The notes below the pieces were generated by a model. It was not told where the DNA came from, did no database searches, and was given only the letters and a program-made list of their open reading frames with translations. This document shows positions 1-10,772 of a stretch of DNA of 64,000 bases, piece by piece (position 1 is the stretch's first letter; every line of letters starts with the position of its first letter). The stretch is from Williopsis jadinii (taxonomy: Eukaryota): NCBI GenBank assembly GCA_024346625.1, contig AP024664.1:3286001-3350000 (forward strand), given 5' to 3'. Made by a program: the position numbers and the translations under genes.

Positions 1-544
1 TGTCCTCTGGTGAGGTTGCTCCAGTTGATGTGGTTGATGAGCTCATCTGCCAGCGAAACCGGAATTTCGCTCCCGGTGATTCCACAGCACACAGACCGGG
101 TCATCTGACTACGCAGTGGTTGTAGCAACAGGCAGACAGACGGAGCAGGGCATCTTTCACCAAGGAGCCGTCTCGTTATGCCCTAAGAAGCCACTGGTGC
201 TGATGGACGGAGAAGGCAAAAAACCAGACACAGAGGCATTGCGAGTGCCATCTCAGCAGGCCTACAATTACGGATGGTTCCATTGCAGAATCATTTTACA
301 ATCGCTATGGGAAATGTATACGAACTTCTATATCTGGATACACACCAGGAGAAGCCAAAAAATGGCTGCTCAAGCGTATCAGACTCAAACCGTGTAATAT
401 TGATCTCGCATGCTGCTAGACTCCAGTTCGGTTCTCCACGGGGAATGGGAATATCCAATGGTAGAACACAGCAAAGGAACAGAGACAGCTGCTTGAAGTT
501 TTTGAATGTGAAGAAGAGAAAGAAGGGTCGTTAAGGAGGAGGAT

Positions 545-611
545 AAAATTTTCACAGGCCTTTTTTATACGTCGCTAGCCTCCGAGGCTGCGGGCGGGCA
601 GAGCTCATCGC
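545..611. promoter_or_regulatory. RRPE and PAC ribosome-biogenesis promoter motifs
   Basis: AAAATTTTCA at 545-554 (reverse complement TGAAAATTTT, RRPE) and GCTCATCGC at 603-611 (reverse complement GCGATGAGC, PAC), upstream of the WKF-domain gene. Confidence 0.7.
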
Positions 612-725
612 AGCGCAGCATGGAAGGAAAAAAAATTCAGCTCTTAGGCACACACTACAAAGCACGCTGTGTGTTTGGAAAGGAAGTAGAGGTTGCCATA
701 GTTTTCACCACTCGAGTCTGGAACG

Positions 726-1670
726 ATGAGCGAACACATCCCTGCCTGGAAACGTATTGGACTGAAAGTGAAAGAGGAGCTTGAACATGACCCTCTTGCC
801 CTGACAACGCATCTGGATACTGGTAAGCTCACGAAGAAGCAACAGAAGAAGATCAACAACAAACGGGCGAGAGGCGTGGAGTCTGAAGAAAGCCAGGGTG
901 AAAAGAAGGCTCCTAAAAGACAAAAGCTTCCTAAGGGCGACAGACCGCCGCCTCCGGAGAAGGATCAACTTGTGTATTTGAAAACGTACACCACTGACAG
1001 GGAGAATTGGAAGTTCTCTAAGCAGAAGCAGAATTGGGTCTTGAAGCATGTGAAGGTGATCGAGCCAGAGTACGAAGAGTACCTCATAAATTATTTCGCT
1101 GGCTTACAAGGTGGCGGTAAAGACAGAATGGCTCGTATACTAGGTGAAGTTTGCGAATCGTGGAATAAACTACAAGATGAGGAGCTCTCAAAGCCGAAAC
1201 CTGACGAAACAGAGGATGCCAAGGTTGTGGAGAAAGAGGATGGTAAAAGATCCAAACCGAAGAAGAAGGATCTACATGATGAGCTCACAAGTGTTGATGC
1301 TGACTATGCAATGAGAGCACAGAAAATACTGAAGGCTATGACAGGCGAAGCACCTGAACTGAAGGGTATTGATGATGAGAACAAGGTGGAAGAGATCCAA
1401 GATGGAACTTCAGAAGCTGCTAAGGAAAAAGATGAAGAGACCATAAACAAGGAACAACCTGAAAGTGTCGAGGAAGAGCCACAGACATTGACACAGGAGC
1501 CGTCCAAAGCAAATGACACCAGTAATCTTATCTTGGAATCTGTAGAGGTTTCAGATTACGTTTCTCAAAATGATATTGAGCAAACCGTAGAGGTTAACGG
1601 AACGAAGGAGGAAGAAAAACCAAAGAAGGACAAGAAGTATAAGAAGTCAAAGAAGTCGAAGGATCAGTGA
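726..1670 (+). CDS. RBP95: WKF-domain nucleolar/pre-60S RNA-binding protein (YCR016W homolog)
   Basis: N-terminal HIPAWKRIGLK, YLKTY..DRENWKFSKQKQNW (WKF motif), Lys-rich tail; PAC/RRPE promoter; YCR014C/015C/017C homologs in the same window. Confidence 0.85.
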   Translation: MSEHIPAWKRIGLKVKEELEHDPLALTTHLDTGKLTKKQQKKINNKRARGVESEESQGEKKAPKRQKLPKGDRPPPPEKDQLVYLKTYTTDRENWKFSKQKQNWVLKHVKVIEPEYEEYLINYFAGLQGGGKDRMARILGEVCESWNKLQDEELSKPKPDETEDAKVVEKEDGKRSKPKKKDLHDELTSVDADYAMRAQKILKAMTGEAPELKGIDDENKVEEIQDGTSEAAKEKDEETINKEQPESVEEEPQTLTQEPSKANDTSNLILESVEVSDYVSQNDIEQTVEVNGTKEEEKPKKDKKYKKSKKSKDQ

Positions 1671-1894
1671 ATACAACAAGGACACGAAAAGCAGTCGATA
1701 GAACCAAAACGTAATAGATTACTCCCATCATTATAATCCAACTTAGTAACCAGCAACCATCAGCTTTCTTGTACAATACCGCGCCCTCCTTCAATAAATC
1801 TACACCTACAGAAAAAAACAATCCCCAAACCCGTTTAAAAGCCGCCACTTGATAGTAAACATATCTCGCTTGTTGACAAGGCGCTTACCACGAT

Positions 1895-4800
1895 ATGTCG
1901 ACAGACTTCAAAAGTGCTGAGCAGAAGCTCAATGAGGTGCTTAACAAATTCCGTGACGTGGATCCGGATCTCAGATTTATGGCGCTCAACGATCTTAACA
2001 AGTTGCTGGTTGAGCATCAGCTCATCCTTAACAAGGTGAACCATTACTCTGACCAGGTGACTACGATTCTTTTAGAGGCATTGAACGATGTCAATACCGA
2101 TGTGCAGAATCAATCTCTGCACTGCTTCTCACCACTGGTTGGTGTGCTGGAGGACCAGGAAGTGGTCAAGGTCATTGATAGACTGAGGGAACCAACGACG
2201 AACAAGAGCTCCATTACCACCTCTATTCAAACTATGGCAATCTGTGAAGTTCTAAAGCATATCAACTTGAAATACAAGACCACAGGCGCTCTAATGTCTG
2301 ACTTGCTGCTGCCACAAGTGTTTGAGAATACAGTGATCCATTCTTTGGACACCATGGAGATCCTTACAGTTTTGTTACAGAATTTGGGTAACACCATTTC
2401 ACACGAGAACCTAGTACGCTTGTACGAGGTTTTGATTTCAACAATCTTTAAAGGCGAAACCATTGTAGCAAAGAAGGCGATTGCTGCTTTGGGTCATTTG
2501 AGCACCTATCTCGAAGTTTCAGACGCAGAAAACTTGCTACAGAAGATTCACGCAACAAATGTAACTTCATACGAGAGTATCGTGTTGAAGTTGCTAACTT
2601 ATATCTCGTTGGTAAAAGAAAACTTTCCATTATTTGAACAACACTTTACAGGATTTCTCCAAGAAGTTTTTGATAAATTGTATCTCGATCAAACGGATTT
2701 GGATGATGATCAGATCAAGATCGACGATGTTAGGTATGAGGCCTTAAACTTGGTAGATGTACTTCTATTGGAACGAGGTTCCCTGACAGAGTCAAGAGAT
2801 AAGATTCTGACTATTTGCAAGAGACTCTTAGTGTATGATCCATACAGTAACGATATGGATGAGGATGAATATGATTTTTCTGATCCTGAATTCTCAGATG
2901 AGGATTATGATGAAGTTGATGCGAACGATGATAATTCATGGAAACTCCGTAAACAATCTGCAAGAATCATTACCACGCTGATCAACATCTCACCAGAAGC
3001 TCTTCAGGACGTTTACTCTTCTGGTATCTTTGAATGTTTGTTGAGCACTGTTGCTGATTCCTCTGATGCCGTGTCCTTTGAAAAGATTGCCACTTTAGAC
3101 ACCATAGTTCAGACCTCTCTCAAATTATACACTAAACGTTCTGGGCGTAAGAGAACAAACTCTGATGCTCTGATGTCCGACAAAGATGAAGATCCGCTAG
3201 CTGTTTTGCAAGAGCATAGATCTGAAATTGTGGATAAGTTTATCACAGAATTGGATGCTGTTAAGAACAATGGTTCAACCAAGTATAACTACTTACTAAA
3301 CTTCTTCCAAAACTTTAACGAATTGGCAGATGATTTGAAACCACTACTTGCCTGTGTCAGGAAGCACAATTTTGGTATCAATTTAGATTTACTCAAATTC
3401 TATTCTGCAATGCTTCAGAATAACGACATCGGGTTCTTTGGATCTGAGTTTCAATATATTGTGGAATTGGTTAATAGTGGGTTAAGTAACAAGAACCACA
3501 TTACAGTGACGAACTCCATGGATACAGCAGTTGATTTATTGAATCTTACTTACAACGAAACACTAACGAATTCCATTTTTGAGATTGCTGCCAATGCCAA
3601 AAATGACAGTGTTGTGAGAAACAATGCAATTCAAACATTAGGAAGTTTGAAAACATTGCCACCAAAAAAAATTGAGGAGCTCCTGGAATTACTTGCTGCC
3701 ACTTTGAAGTATGACCCTATTGCGATCAGTACTATTGATGCCATCACACAACTTGCCGAAATTTATGGACCTGCAATCAACGTACCTGCTGTTCCATCCA
3801 TTGTTCAAACTTATACTGAGTTCATTTCCAACCCAGTATTCCTATCACACACTATTGAATCCTTGGTTGAGATCTCACAGTATACTGACATTGACTCGTC
3901 TATTGGTGATTCATTACTGAAAGTTTTCGAAAATGATGTTTATCAGTCCCAGGTGTTGCGTATATTGTCTCATTTGAACTATGACAAGCAAAAGCTTCAG
4001 ACAATCTTCCTTCAAGCTGCATCTATCGATGAGGTTGATGAAACAGCATTATTAGAGGTGTCAAGCAAGATTGGATCCGATTTGATCCCTACGTTAGAGC
4101 AACATAGCGACAATCCAAAGAACATCAAGATTTTAGCCAATATTGTTATTAACGAGAATTTAAGGGACTATGTTGAGGCTAAGGAGAGTGAACTTGCTCA
4201 ACACATAAACTCTTCATTCAACATAAGACTATTGGGTTATATTGGACAAGTGATGCCCTTGACAACGTCCATTAAGCAATTACAGAGCTTCTTCTCCGAG
4301 GATGAAACAAAATTCTATGCTGCAGAGTCTCTTGGTAGACTGATTTCAACCAATCCAGAGTCTTACCTACCCGAGTTCCTTGAAAGAATTACCGCCAATC
4401 AGGACCGTTGCCTTTTGTTGATTACGATCAAACAAGTATTGAAAATCAATAAGTCGTTGCCATTCGAGACCTACTTAACCATTTGGAATACCTTATTTGA
4501 CATTTTGAAACAAGAAGAAGTTATTGATGAAGCATTGACACGTATTGCATCACAGGATGTCGGTCTTATATTGGTGAACAACAGCGATACAGGTTTCTTC
4601 TATCAACAGGCGTCTGAGTTCTTAAAGACTGACAACTGTGTGATACTTTTCACAGTGATTGCTGCTATTAAGTTCATACTGGCGTACGATAACATTTTCA
4701 CTGCAGATCTTGTTGATCCCTTGCTTCTCCAAGTTTTTGCGCAGATTGAGAATGAAGATCTTGAAGTTAAGCAAGTTTCCATTGTTACCCTTATGACTGC

Positions 4801-5281
4801 GCTGAACAATCAATTTACCATTCTCATTCCACATTTGGTTGTTGTTTTACCTTATGTCTACAACGAACTTGGGGCTAAAAAGCAATACGAGGAGAGTATC
4901 CAAATTGGTCCGTTCAAACACAAGATTGATAAAGCGTTAGAGGTGCGCAAGAATGCATTCGAAATATTGTACAAACTGACTTTAAACCATAATCTTTTGA
5001 AGAATGTTGATTTTAATGAGGTTTTGACAAATGTTGTGAACTATGGGTTAAAGGCAGATATCATTTCAATCAGTTCCCTTATCATTATCAAATTGTTGGC
5101 ATTTGATGATGTCATTTTAAGTCCAGAAACCAGGGCCAAACTAAGTGCTGGTATTGACAAGTTGTTGAACTCCATCAAGAAGAAAGAAGACCAACAGAAG
5201 GACTCCAAGGAGGAACAAGAAACAAAGGCTACCTTAATTTCGTTGCGTAATGAGATTTTCCAAGAGGACTATCTCAAATGA
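1895..5281 (+). CDS. CAND1/TIP120 cullin-associated NEDD8-dissociated HEAT-repeat protein
   Basis: DPDLRFMALNDL N-terminal motif, acidic loop followed by DDNSWKLRKQSA, C-terminal IGPFKHKIDKALEVRKNAFE (TIP120 motif). Confidence 0.9.
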   Translation: MSTDFKSAEQKLNEVLNKFRDVDPDLRFMALNDLNKLLVEHQLILNKVNHYSDQVTTILLEALNDVNTDVQNQSLHCFSPLVGVLEDQEVVKVIDRLREPTTNKSSITTSIQTMAICEVLKHINLKYKTTGALMSDLLLPQVFENTVIHSLDTMEILTVLLQNLGNTISHENLVRLYEVLISTIFKGETIVAKKAIAALGHLSTYLEVSDAENLLQKIHATNVTSYESIVLKLLTYISLVKENFPLFEQHFTGFLQEVFDKLYLDQTDLDDDQIKIDDVRYEALNLVDVLLLERGSLTESRDKILTICKRLLVYDPYSNDMDEDEYDFSDPEFSDEDYDEVDANDDNSWKLRKQSARIITTLINISPEALQDVYSSGIFECLLSTVADSSDAVSFEKIATLDTIVQTSLKLYTKRSGRKRTNSDALMSDKDEDPLAVLQEHRSEIVDKFITELDAVKNNGSTKYNYLLNFFQNFNELADDLKPLLACVRKHNFGINLDLLKFYSAMLQNNDIGFFGSEFQYIVELVNSGLSNKNHITVTNSMDTAVDLLNLTYNETLTNSIFEIAANAKNDSVVRNNAIQTLGSLKTLPPKKIEELLELLAATLKYDPIAISTIDAITQLAEIYGPAINVPAVPSIVQTYTEFISNPVFLSHTIESLVEISQYTDIDSSIGDSLLKVFENDVYQSQVLRILSHLNYDKQKLQTIFLQAASIDEVDETALLEVSSKIGSDLIPTLEQHSDNPKNIKILANIVINENLRDYVEAKESELAQHINSSFNIRLLGYIGQVMPLTTSIKQLQSFFSEDETKFYAAESLGRLISTNPESYLPEFLERITANQDRCLLLITIKQVLKINKSLPFETYLTIWNTLFDILKQEEVIDEALTRIASQDVGLILVNNSDTGFFYQQASEFLKTDNCVILFTVIAAIKFILAYDNIFTADLVDPLLLQVFAQIENEDLEVKQVSIVTLMTALNNQFTILIPHLVVVLPYVYNELGAKKQYEESIQIGPFKHKIDKALEVRKNAFEILYKLTLNHNLLKNVDFNEVLTNVVNYGLKADIISISSLIIIKLLAFDDVILSPETRAKLSAGIDKLLNSIKKKEDQQKDSKEEQETKATLISLRNEIFQEDYLK

Positions 5282-6122
5282 TGATCATAACTCATCTATG
5301 AAAAGTTTTTCCCCATCTGATAAATGCACTTGTGCATATTTTCCAAAAATATACCCTATGAACGATGTGTTTATAACCCTCTCTGCTGTAGTTCTCAACC
5401 CATTTAACCGCGATCGATTGGTCTAAGACCGGTCTTTAGATGTTTAGTCAACATACATGCATAATGTTCAAAAGAAACGAGATGCCTCCAGTTGGTTTGA
5501 ACTGAGTGTTTATATAATGAACAAGGGGAACAAGAAGCACACTATAATGAGAAGAAAGACGAAAAGAAACCAAGCCTAACTCCTGCGGAAAAAGCCTCAC
5601 TTGGAACACTAAGATTGGAGGTGTGATTCATGTTCTCAATAGCAAACTCTAAGTTGTGAATTGCCTCTACAAATGGACGAGAATGGGTTAAAAATAGACT
5701 CTGGAATAAATGTCTTCCAGTTGAAAGTAGGAGGACACCTGGAACTGGGTGAATAGAACGCATTTCCCTATTGAGCCCCATCGTCCCTTTCCCTTCTTTC
5801 TTCCTCGATGGTTGCGAAGTTTGTGGCGTCAACCGGAACAATTTTCGGTGACATGCGTCTGTTTACGTGTCCCCGGAATATTGTTATGTACCTTTATGCT
5901 CAGACAAGTCTTGGCTGGTCATCTATGCATGAGACATATAGGATGCGATTTCCACAAATACGCTGAATAATTGGATGTAAAGCGTCCGGGGGGTGAAAAA
6001 CCTCTTGAAGGAAAAACCCAGAGTGAATATAAATAGAGTGGAATATTCGTTCAGACTTGTTTCGATTTCAAACTGTTCGCTCTTCATCATCCTTCGCAGC
6101 CACAACTCCGCTCTCGACTTTA

Positions 6123-6989
6123 ATGACAAACGACTCGGTTTTCAGATCATACATCTCTGACGACTTCAAACAAGCCCTCCCTTGGCCAGCTCCAAAGCTT
6201 GCAAAATCCATCTGGGACAACTTCTCACTGAAAGGGAAGGTTGCTGTCGTCACTGGTGGTGCCCGTGGAATTGGGTTTGCCGTTGCTGAGTGCTATGCTC
6301 AAGCCGGTGCCGAAGTTGCGATCATTGATTATCAAATAGAGCTGGCCACTGAGAGTGCAAAGAGACTGAGTGCAGAGAATGGCGTGAAATCCGCAGCCTA
6401 TTTTGTCGATGTTAGCTCCAATGAGGCTGTGGAGGAGTGTGTGAATCTGATTGAGAAGGATTTTGGTACCATTGACGTCTTTGTTGCAAATGCGGGAATC
6501 ATCTGGGTCGATGGCGCTATTCTGAACGAGGAGAAGAATGAGGATGGTCCAGACAAGTGGAGACGTTTGATGGATGTTGATTTGAATGCGGTGTACTACT
6601 GTGCGAAGGCTGTTGGTCGCATCTTTAAGGAGAAGCAGCGTGGCTCCTTCATCATCACAGCATCAATGTCTGGTCATATCGTCAATGTTCCAAACTATCA
6701 AACAGCTTATAACGTTGCCAAAGCAGGATGCATCCACATGGGAAAGTCATTAGCTGTTGAGTGGGCGGGCTTTGCCCGTGTTAACACTGTTTCCCCAGGC
6801 TATATCGATTCTGGCCTATCAGATGTCTTGCCAACCGAGGTTAGAGCCAAGTGGTGGAGTTTGATCCCAATGGGAAGAGAAGGTTTACCGCAGGAGCTTG
6901 TTGGAGCCTACCTGTACCTGGCCTCAGATGCATCCACTTACACCACAGGCTCCGACATCAGGGTTGACGGTGGTTACTGCTCTGTTTAG
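6123..6989 (+). CDS. Short-chain dehydrogenase/reductase, sorbose reductase/mannitol dehydrogenase (SOU1/SOU2-like)
   Basis: TGGARGIG, ANAG, ASMSG, YNVAK (YxxxK), VSPGY, VDGGY; first ATG at 6123 (ORF track opens at TTG 6057). Confidence 0.9.
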   Translation: MTNDSVFRSYISDDFKQALPWPAPKLAKSIWDNFSLKGKVAVVTGGARGIGFAVAECYAQAGAEVAIIDYQIELATESAKRLSAENGVKSAAYFVDVSSNEAVEECVNLIEKDFGTIDVFVANAGIIWVDGAILNEEKNEDGPDKWRRLMDVDLNAVYYCAKAVGRIFKEKQRGSFIITASMSGHIVNVPNYQTAYNVAKAGCIHMGKSLAVEWAGFARVNTVSPGYIDSGLSDVLPTEVRAKWWSLIPMGREGLPQELVGAYLYLASDASTYTTGSDIRVDGGYCSV

Positions 6990-7060
6990 AGTCACGCTTC
7001 GCGTTAATTCTTTTTTTAATCAATAATGTGTTAATTTATCCATATACACCGTATCAGCCA

Positions 7061-7741
7061 TTAAGCCTTGTTTAATCCCTTCTCAATGCCCTCAATAGCA
7101 TCGATTTTGGCTAGCCACTTCTCCAATTCTGGGAACTTGGTGATGTCTATCTCAACAAAATCGTACTTTCTGATCCAAGGGTATGCAGCAATGTCGACAA
7201 TGTTGAGATGGTCTCCAACTAGCCAGCCGTTGTTTGCCTTCAGTCTCAACTCATAAACACCAAACACCCTTTCTGTCTCCTCTTTATATCTCTTCTTGCC
7301 GTATGGAACATCCTCTTTGGCAAACTTGAGGAAATGCGAAGCCTGGCCTTGATAAGGAGCGTGAGATGCAACTTGGAACGTCAACCACGTAACCTGGTCC
7401 CAGTAGTACGGAGATGACAAGTCGTAGTAGTACTTTCTCTCCTTATCGTACTTCTCACCAAGATATTGCAAGATAGCACCTGTCTCAAACAGTGTAGTGC
7501 GGTGTCCCTCTGCATCAACATCAGATAGTACCGGGATACGACCATTTGGATTCAATTCCAAGAACCAAGGCTCCTTTTGAGTGCCTTTCAGAATGTCAAC
7601 ATGACGGTAGTGATATTTCAGCCCCAACAGCTCCAAGTACACGGTGATCTTTTGTCCGTTTGGTGTTCCTAGCGAGTACAACTTGAGGTACGGAGCCTCA
7701 AGCTTTGGATAGTCTGGGTCGCCCTCGTCAATCAATGTCAT
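7061..7741 (-). CDS. Glutathione S-transferase, Ure2/YfcG(nu)-like, without a prion domain
   Basis: GTPNGQK, LNPNGRIP, FETGAILQYL, WLVGDHLNIVDIA. Confidence 0.9.
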   Translation of the reverse strand: MTLIDEGDPDYPKLEAPYLKLYSLGTPNGQKITVYLELLGLKYHYRHVDILKGTQKEPWFLELNPNGRIPVLSDVDAEGHRTTLFETGAILQYLGEKYDKERKYYYDLSSPYYWDQVTWLTFQVASHAPYQGQASHFLKFAKEDVPYGKKRYKEETERVFGVYELRLKANNGWLVGDHLNIVDIAAYPWIRKYDFVEIDITKFPELEKWLAKIDAIEGIEKGLNKA

Positions 7742-7951
7742 TATGGTCTAATCTGTGCAGTACTGTACTGATGAAGAGAACAGACGGAGCAAAACAAGTG
7801 AAAAAGAGGGATTGCATGCTCCTTTTATAGTACAGCAATATCACTCAACCTTGATTTGTAATATCAGTTCACCAGCGTATAGCTCTTTCCCCGTCAGCGG
7901 CCACCCCCTCCAAACGAAGCTAACATCACCAAAAGGGGCAATGCTAGGGGA

Positions 7952-7958
7952 TTACTAA
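7952..7958. promoter_or_regulatory. Yap1-type response element TTACTAA
   Basis: Exact TTACTAA about 210 bp upstream of the GST start codon at 7741. Confidence 0.5.
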
Positions 7959-8089
7959 TTAGTGCATATTTGGGTACACGCACAGAGGGCACTGTATAAC
8001 GCAATTTCAAGGACTACCAGTGTAATATTCGCTTCAGAAGTGCCAATAATGTATAATATATATAGAGAGAGAGCTGTATAAGACACGGA

Positions 8090-8776
8090 TCAAGCACCAC
8101 TGATACTCTCACCAACTCCTGGGATGTCGGTGACTCTCTTCATCCAGTCAGCCACTGCTGGGAAGGCATCAAGTTTGATACCCAGGCTTTCAACAGACAC
8201 CTTGAGGAAGGCGATGATTCCGATGTCTGCGATGTTCAGGTGGTCGCCGACAAACCATCCGTTGTTCTCAACGAGTCTATCGTTGTAAACCTTGAGGATT
8301 CTATTGGTTTGCTGGACGTAGGCGTCTTTACCGCCTGGTGGATCCGTCTTTAACACGAGGATATGGAAGAAAGCCGCACCTTGGACAGGGTCGTTGTTGG
8401 CAGAGCCATAAACCAACCATTCCATCTGTTTCCAGTACAGTGGTGATGACTTATCGTACGAGTATTTACGCTCAGTGTCGTACTTGTCAGCAAGGTACTC
8501 CAAGATGATGGCGCTTTCAAACAGAACCGTTCTGTTACCATCAACATCAACGTCGGATATGGCAGGAACCCTGCCATCGGGGTGAATCTTCAAGTACCAA
8601 GGCTGCTTGTGCTCACCTTTGCCCATGTCCATCTCCCTACGCTGGAATTCAACGTTGAGCAGTTTCAGTAGCGTGGTGATCTTGAACCCGTTTGGAGTTG
8701 GGCCAGTGTACACCTTCAAGTATGGCGGTTGCAACTGAGTGCTGTGGGGGTCTCCTTCAATCTCTTCCAAAGCCAT
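8090..8776 (-). CDS. Second Ure2/YfcG-like glutathione S-transferase (tandem paralog)
   Basis: PTPNGFK, HPDGRVP, LFESAIILEYL, NNGWFVGDHLNIADI; aligns end to end with 7061-7741. Confidence 0.9.
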   Translation of the reverse strand: MALEEIEGDPHSTQLQPPYLKVYTGPTPNGFKITTLLKLLNVEFQRREMDMGKGEHKQPWYLKIHPDGRVPAISDVDVDGNRTVLFESAIILEYLADKYDTERKYSYDKSSPLYWKQMEWLVYGSANNDPVQGAAFFHILVLKTDPPGGKDAYVQQTNRILKVYNDRLVENNGWFVGDHLNIADIGIIAFLKVSVESLGIKLDAFPAVADWMKRVTDIPGVGESISGA

Positions 8777-8860
8777 TGGATCGTTGTCTCACTGTGATAA
8801 TGTAGTTTTATTCGTATTGTATAGGTGTAATACCAGAGAGAAGATACCAACAGTTCCTCC

Positions 8861-8888
8861 CGCCTGGAAAGCCTCGCCTGGAAAGCCT
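8861..8888. repeat. 14-bp direct repeat CGCCTGGAAAGCCT x2
   Basis: Two adjacent exact copies upstream of the second GST; partial third copy CGCCTGG near 8922. Confidence 0.85.
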
Positions 8889-9085
8889 CCCCCAGAAGGA
8901 AAAAGCAGGTGCCTTCTGTTCCGCCTGGGATCGGTGCTAAACGTGTTGATGAAGCAACGTGTACCCAACAAAGGTTTCGAGATTGCATCTTCTACATGAT
9001 GGGGCACCTACAGCACGCTACTGGGCGATGTTGGGCTCCGGTGCGATGAGGCCGCGTATCATGGAACTCTAGGCCGTTACCGTTG

Positions 9086-9116
9086 GCTGTTGAGCTGTTG
9101 AGCTGTTGAGCTGTTG
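9086..9116. repeat. 8-bp tandem repeat GCTGTTGA, about 3.75 copies
   Basis: gctgttga gctgttga gctgttga gctgttg read directly. Confidence 0.85.
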
Positions 9117-9299
9117 TGTGCTGCACTGAACACCGACGGTACACATCAGTGTTACATCTACAGACGTCCAGAAGAAGCCAGACAATGAAAACGGAGTAAT
9201 CTTCTATCAGTTGACCGTGTTCTTTATGTCTGTTATATATGTTATCTATTCAACGACTCCAGGTGGAGAAGAGAGACACAAGGTCTAGCGTTTCCTGCT

Positions 9300-10259
9300 C
9301 TACTTCTTCTGCTGTTGCTTAGCGACGGCGTAAACCAAACCAGCAAAGAAGCCCAAGAAGATGGAGGAGACCGAGTAGAAGTTTCTTGGAGCATCGAAGA
9401 AGATCAACCCGGATAGTGCGATTGGTAACTTGTTCAAAGCACCAACCATGGAATAGGTTGTTGAAGATGTGACTCTAACACACCAGCCGGAGCAGTAGGA
9501 GATACCAACTGCTGATAACCCGGAAATGACCATTGTGATGAAGGAGGATTTGGAAAAGTTCTCCTCCAAGTTGGCCTGGGACCAGTCCTCAACGAGGAAA
9601 GACGACAACAGGAGGATCGGAATTGACAACACGTTGTTGTAGTACATGGTGTCGAAGTCCTTGAAGTTGGTCAATTTGATTCTCTTTCTCATGTACAAGA
9701 CAAAGGAGGCAGAGGCAAAGCAGTTGGTAAACATCCAGAAGTAACCAGCACTGAATACACCAGCATCAGGAGCAGCCTTCTGGTCACCGAGACAGGCAAC
9801 GATAGAGGACAACACCATCAAGAAGAAAGAACCCAAGGTCATTGGGGTGACGCTACCACCAAAGAACAGCACCTCACCGTATGCAATCAAGATGATGGTC
9901 AAGTTCTTGAACACGGTGTACACCGGGATGGACAAGAACTGGAGGGCCTTGGAGCCCGTGTAGATCATGGCAACGAGCAAAACAGAGATAGGAGCCCAGT
10001 TCTTAGCATCGGTCTTGTTCAGTGGTCTGTACGTGATGACGCCAAACAACTTGAGAATGGCAATCGCAGCCACACACACCAATGACTGCACGAGCAAAAG
10101 AACAAAGTTCATGTTGAAGGAGAACCCATTAAGCACGTACTTGTTTGTCACGGTCATCAGGATCGACGACATACAGTACGAGAAGATGGACAAAGGACCA
10201 CTGTTGGCCAATGCTGCCAAAGTCCCATGGGGTTCAAGAGCTTGTGGAAGAGTCGACAT
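9300..10259 (-). CDS. VRG4: Golgi GDP-mannose transporter
   Basis: [40 protein letters not shown] (GALNK motif). Confidence 0.95.
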   Translation of the reverse strand: MSTLPQALEPHGTLAALANSGPLSIFSYCMSSILMTVTNKYVLNGFSFNMNFVLLLVQSLVCVAAIAILKLFGVITYRPLNKTDAKNWAPISVLLVAMIYTGSKALQFLSIPVYTVFKNLTIILIAYGEVLFFGGSVTPMTLGSFFLMVLSSIVACLGDQKAAPDAGVFSAGYFWMFTNCFASASFVLYMRKRIKLTNFKDFDTMYYNNVLSIPILLLSSFLVEDWSQANLEENFSKSSFITMVISGLSAVGISYCSGWCVRVTSSTTYSMVGALNKLPIALSGLIFFDAPRNFYSVSSIFLGFFAGLVYAVAKQQQKK

Positions 10260-10384
10260 GGTTATTCCGTGCTTTCTTTTCGGATGTCAACAGAGATAGC
10301 AGTTCTGGAGATTTAATCCTCGTTGTCGATAGAGATCGTGTTGGCCTTTTTAGGTAGCGAGGGAAAAACTTTTAGAGAGAGAAA

Positions 10385-10390
10385 ACGCGT
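10385..10390. promoter_or_regulatory. MCB element ACGCGT in VRG4 promoter
   Basis: AAAACGCGT about 130 bp upstream of VRG4 ATG. Confidence 0.4.
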
Positions 10391-10478
10391 CCAGCTGGGT
10401 TTTCCCCTTCTGCTTTCCGCTGTTCTGTGTGAACACGCGGGCAGGCCCAAGGCCGCCTGTGAAATTTAGGCTCAACAG

Positions 10479-10493
10479 CCCCCCCCCCCCCCC
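10479..10493. repeat. poly(C)15 homopolymer
   Basis: 15 consecutive C in the divergent VRG4/carrier promoter. Confidence 0.9.
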
Positions 10494-10635
10494 TTCCAAA
10501 ATGTTTGTGTACCTTTTTGATCATGTGCGTGGCCGAAACAAAAGTCTTTCAGATTGGGACTACGAAGTGTATGGGACTTGAAAAGAAGACACTAGAGGGA
10601 CTAAAAATCGGAATGCCTTTTTTTTCATCTCGTGG

Positions 10636-10644
10636 GTCACGTGA
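10636..10644. promoter_or_regulatory. Cbf1-type E-box GTCACGTGA
   Basis: Matches RTCACGTG in the divergent promoter. Confidence 0.5.
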
Positions 10645-10772
10645 TCATCCCTCGAGAGAGCAAAGAACATCGAAACTCATCGGTGTCGGTTTTGCTCTCT
10701 GTGATGTGATTAACAGTGGCTACGTCGTTATCCCAGAAAGCAAACGGAGCCTCAACGTCGTCTGCGTGTACA

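Noticed and set aside
1..420. Possible minus-strand gene start at the left edge (ATG at 46 or 104) with several upstream ATGs
   Set aside because: Too little sequence to identify the frame or product; a uORF claim cannot be supported
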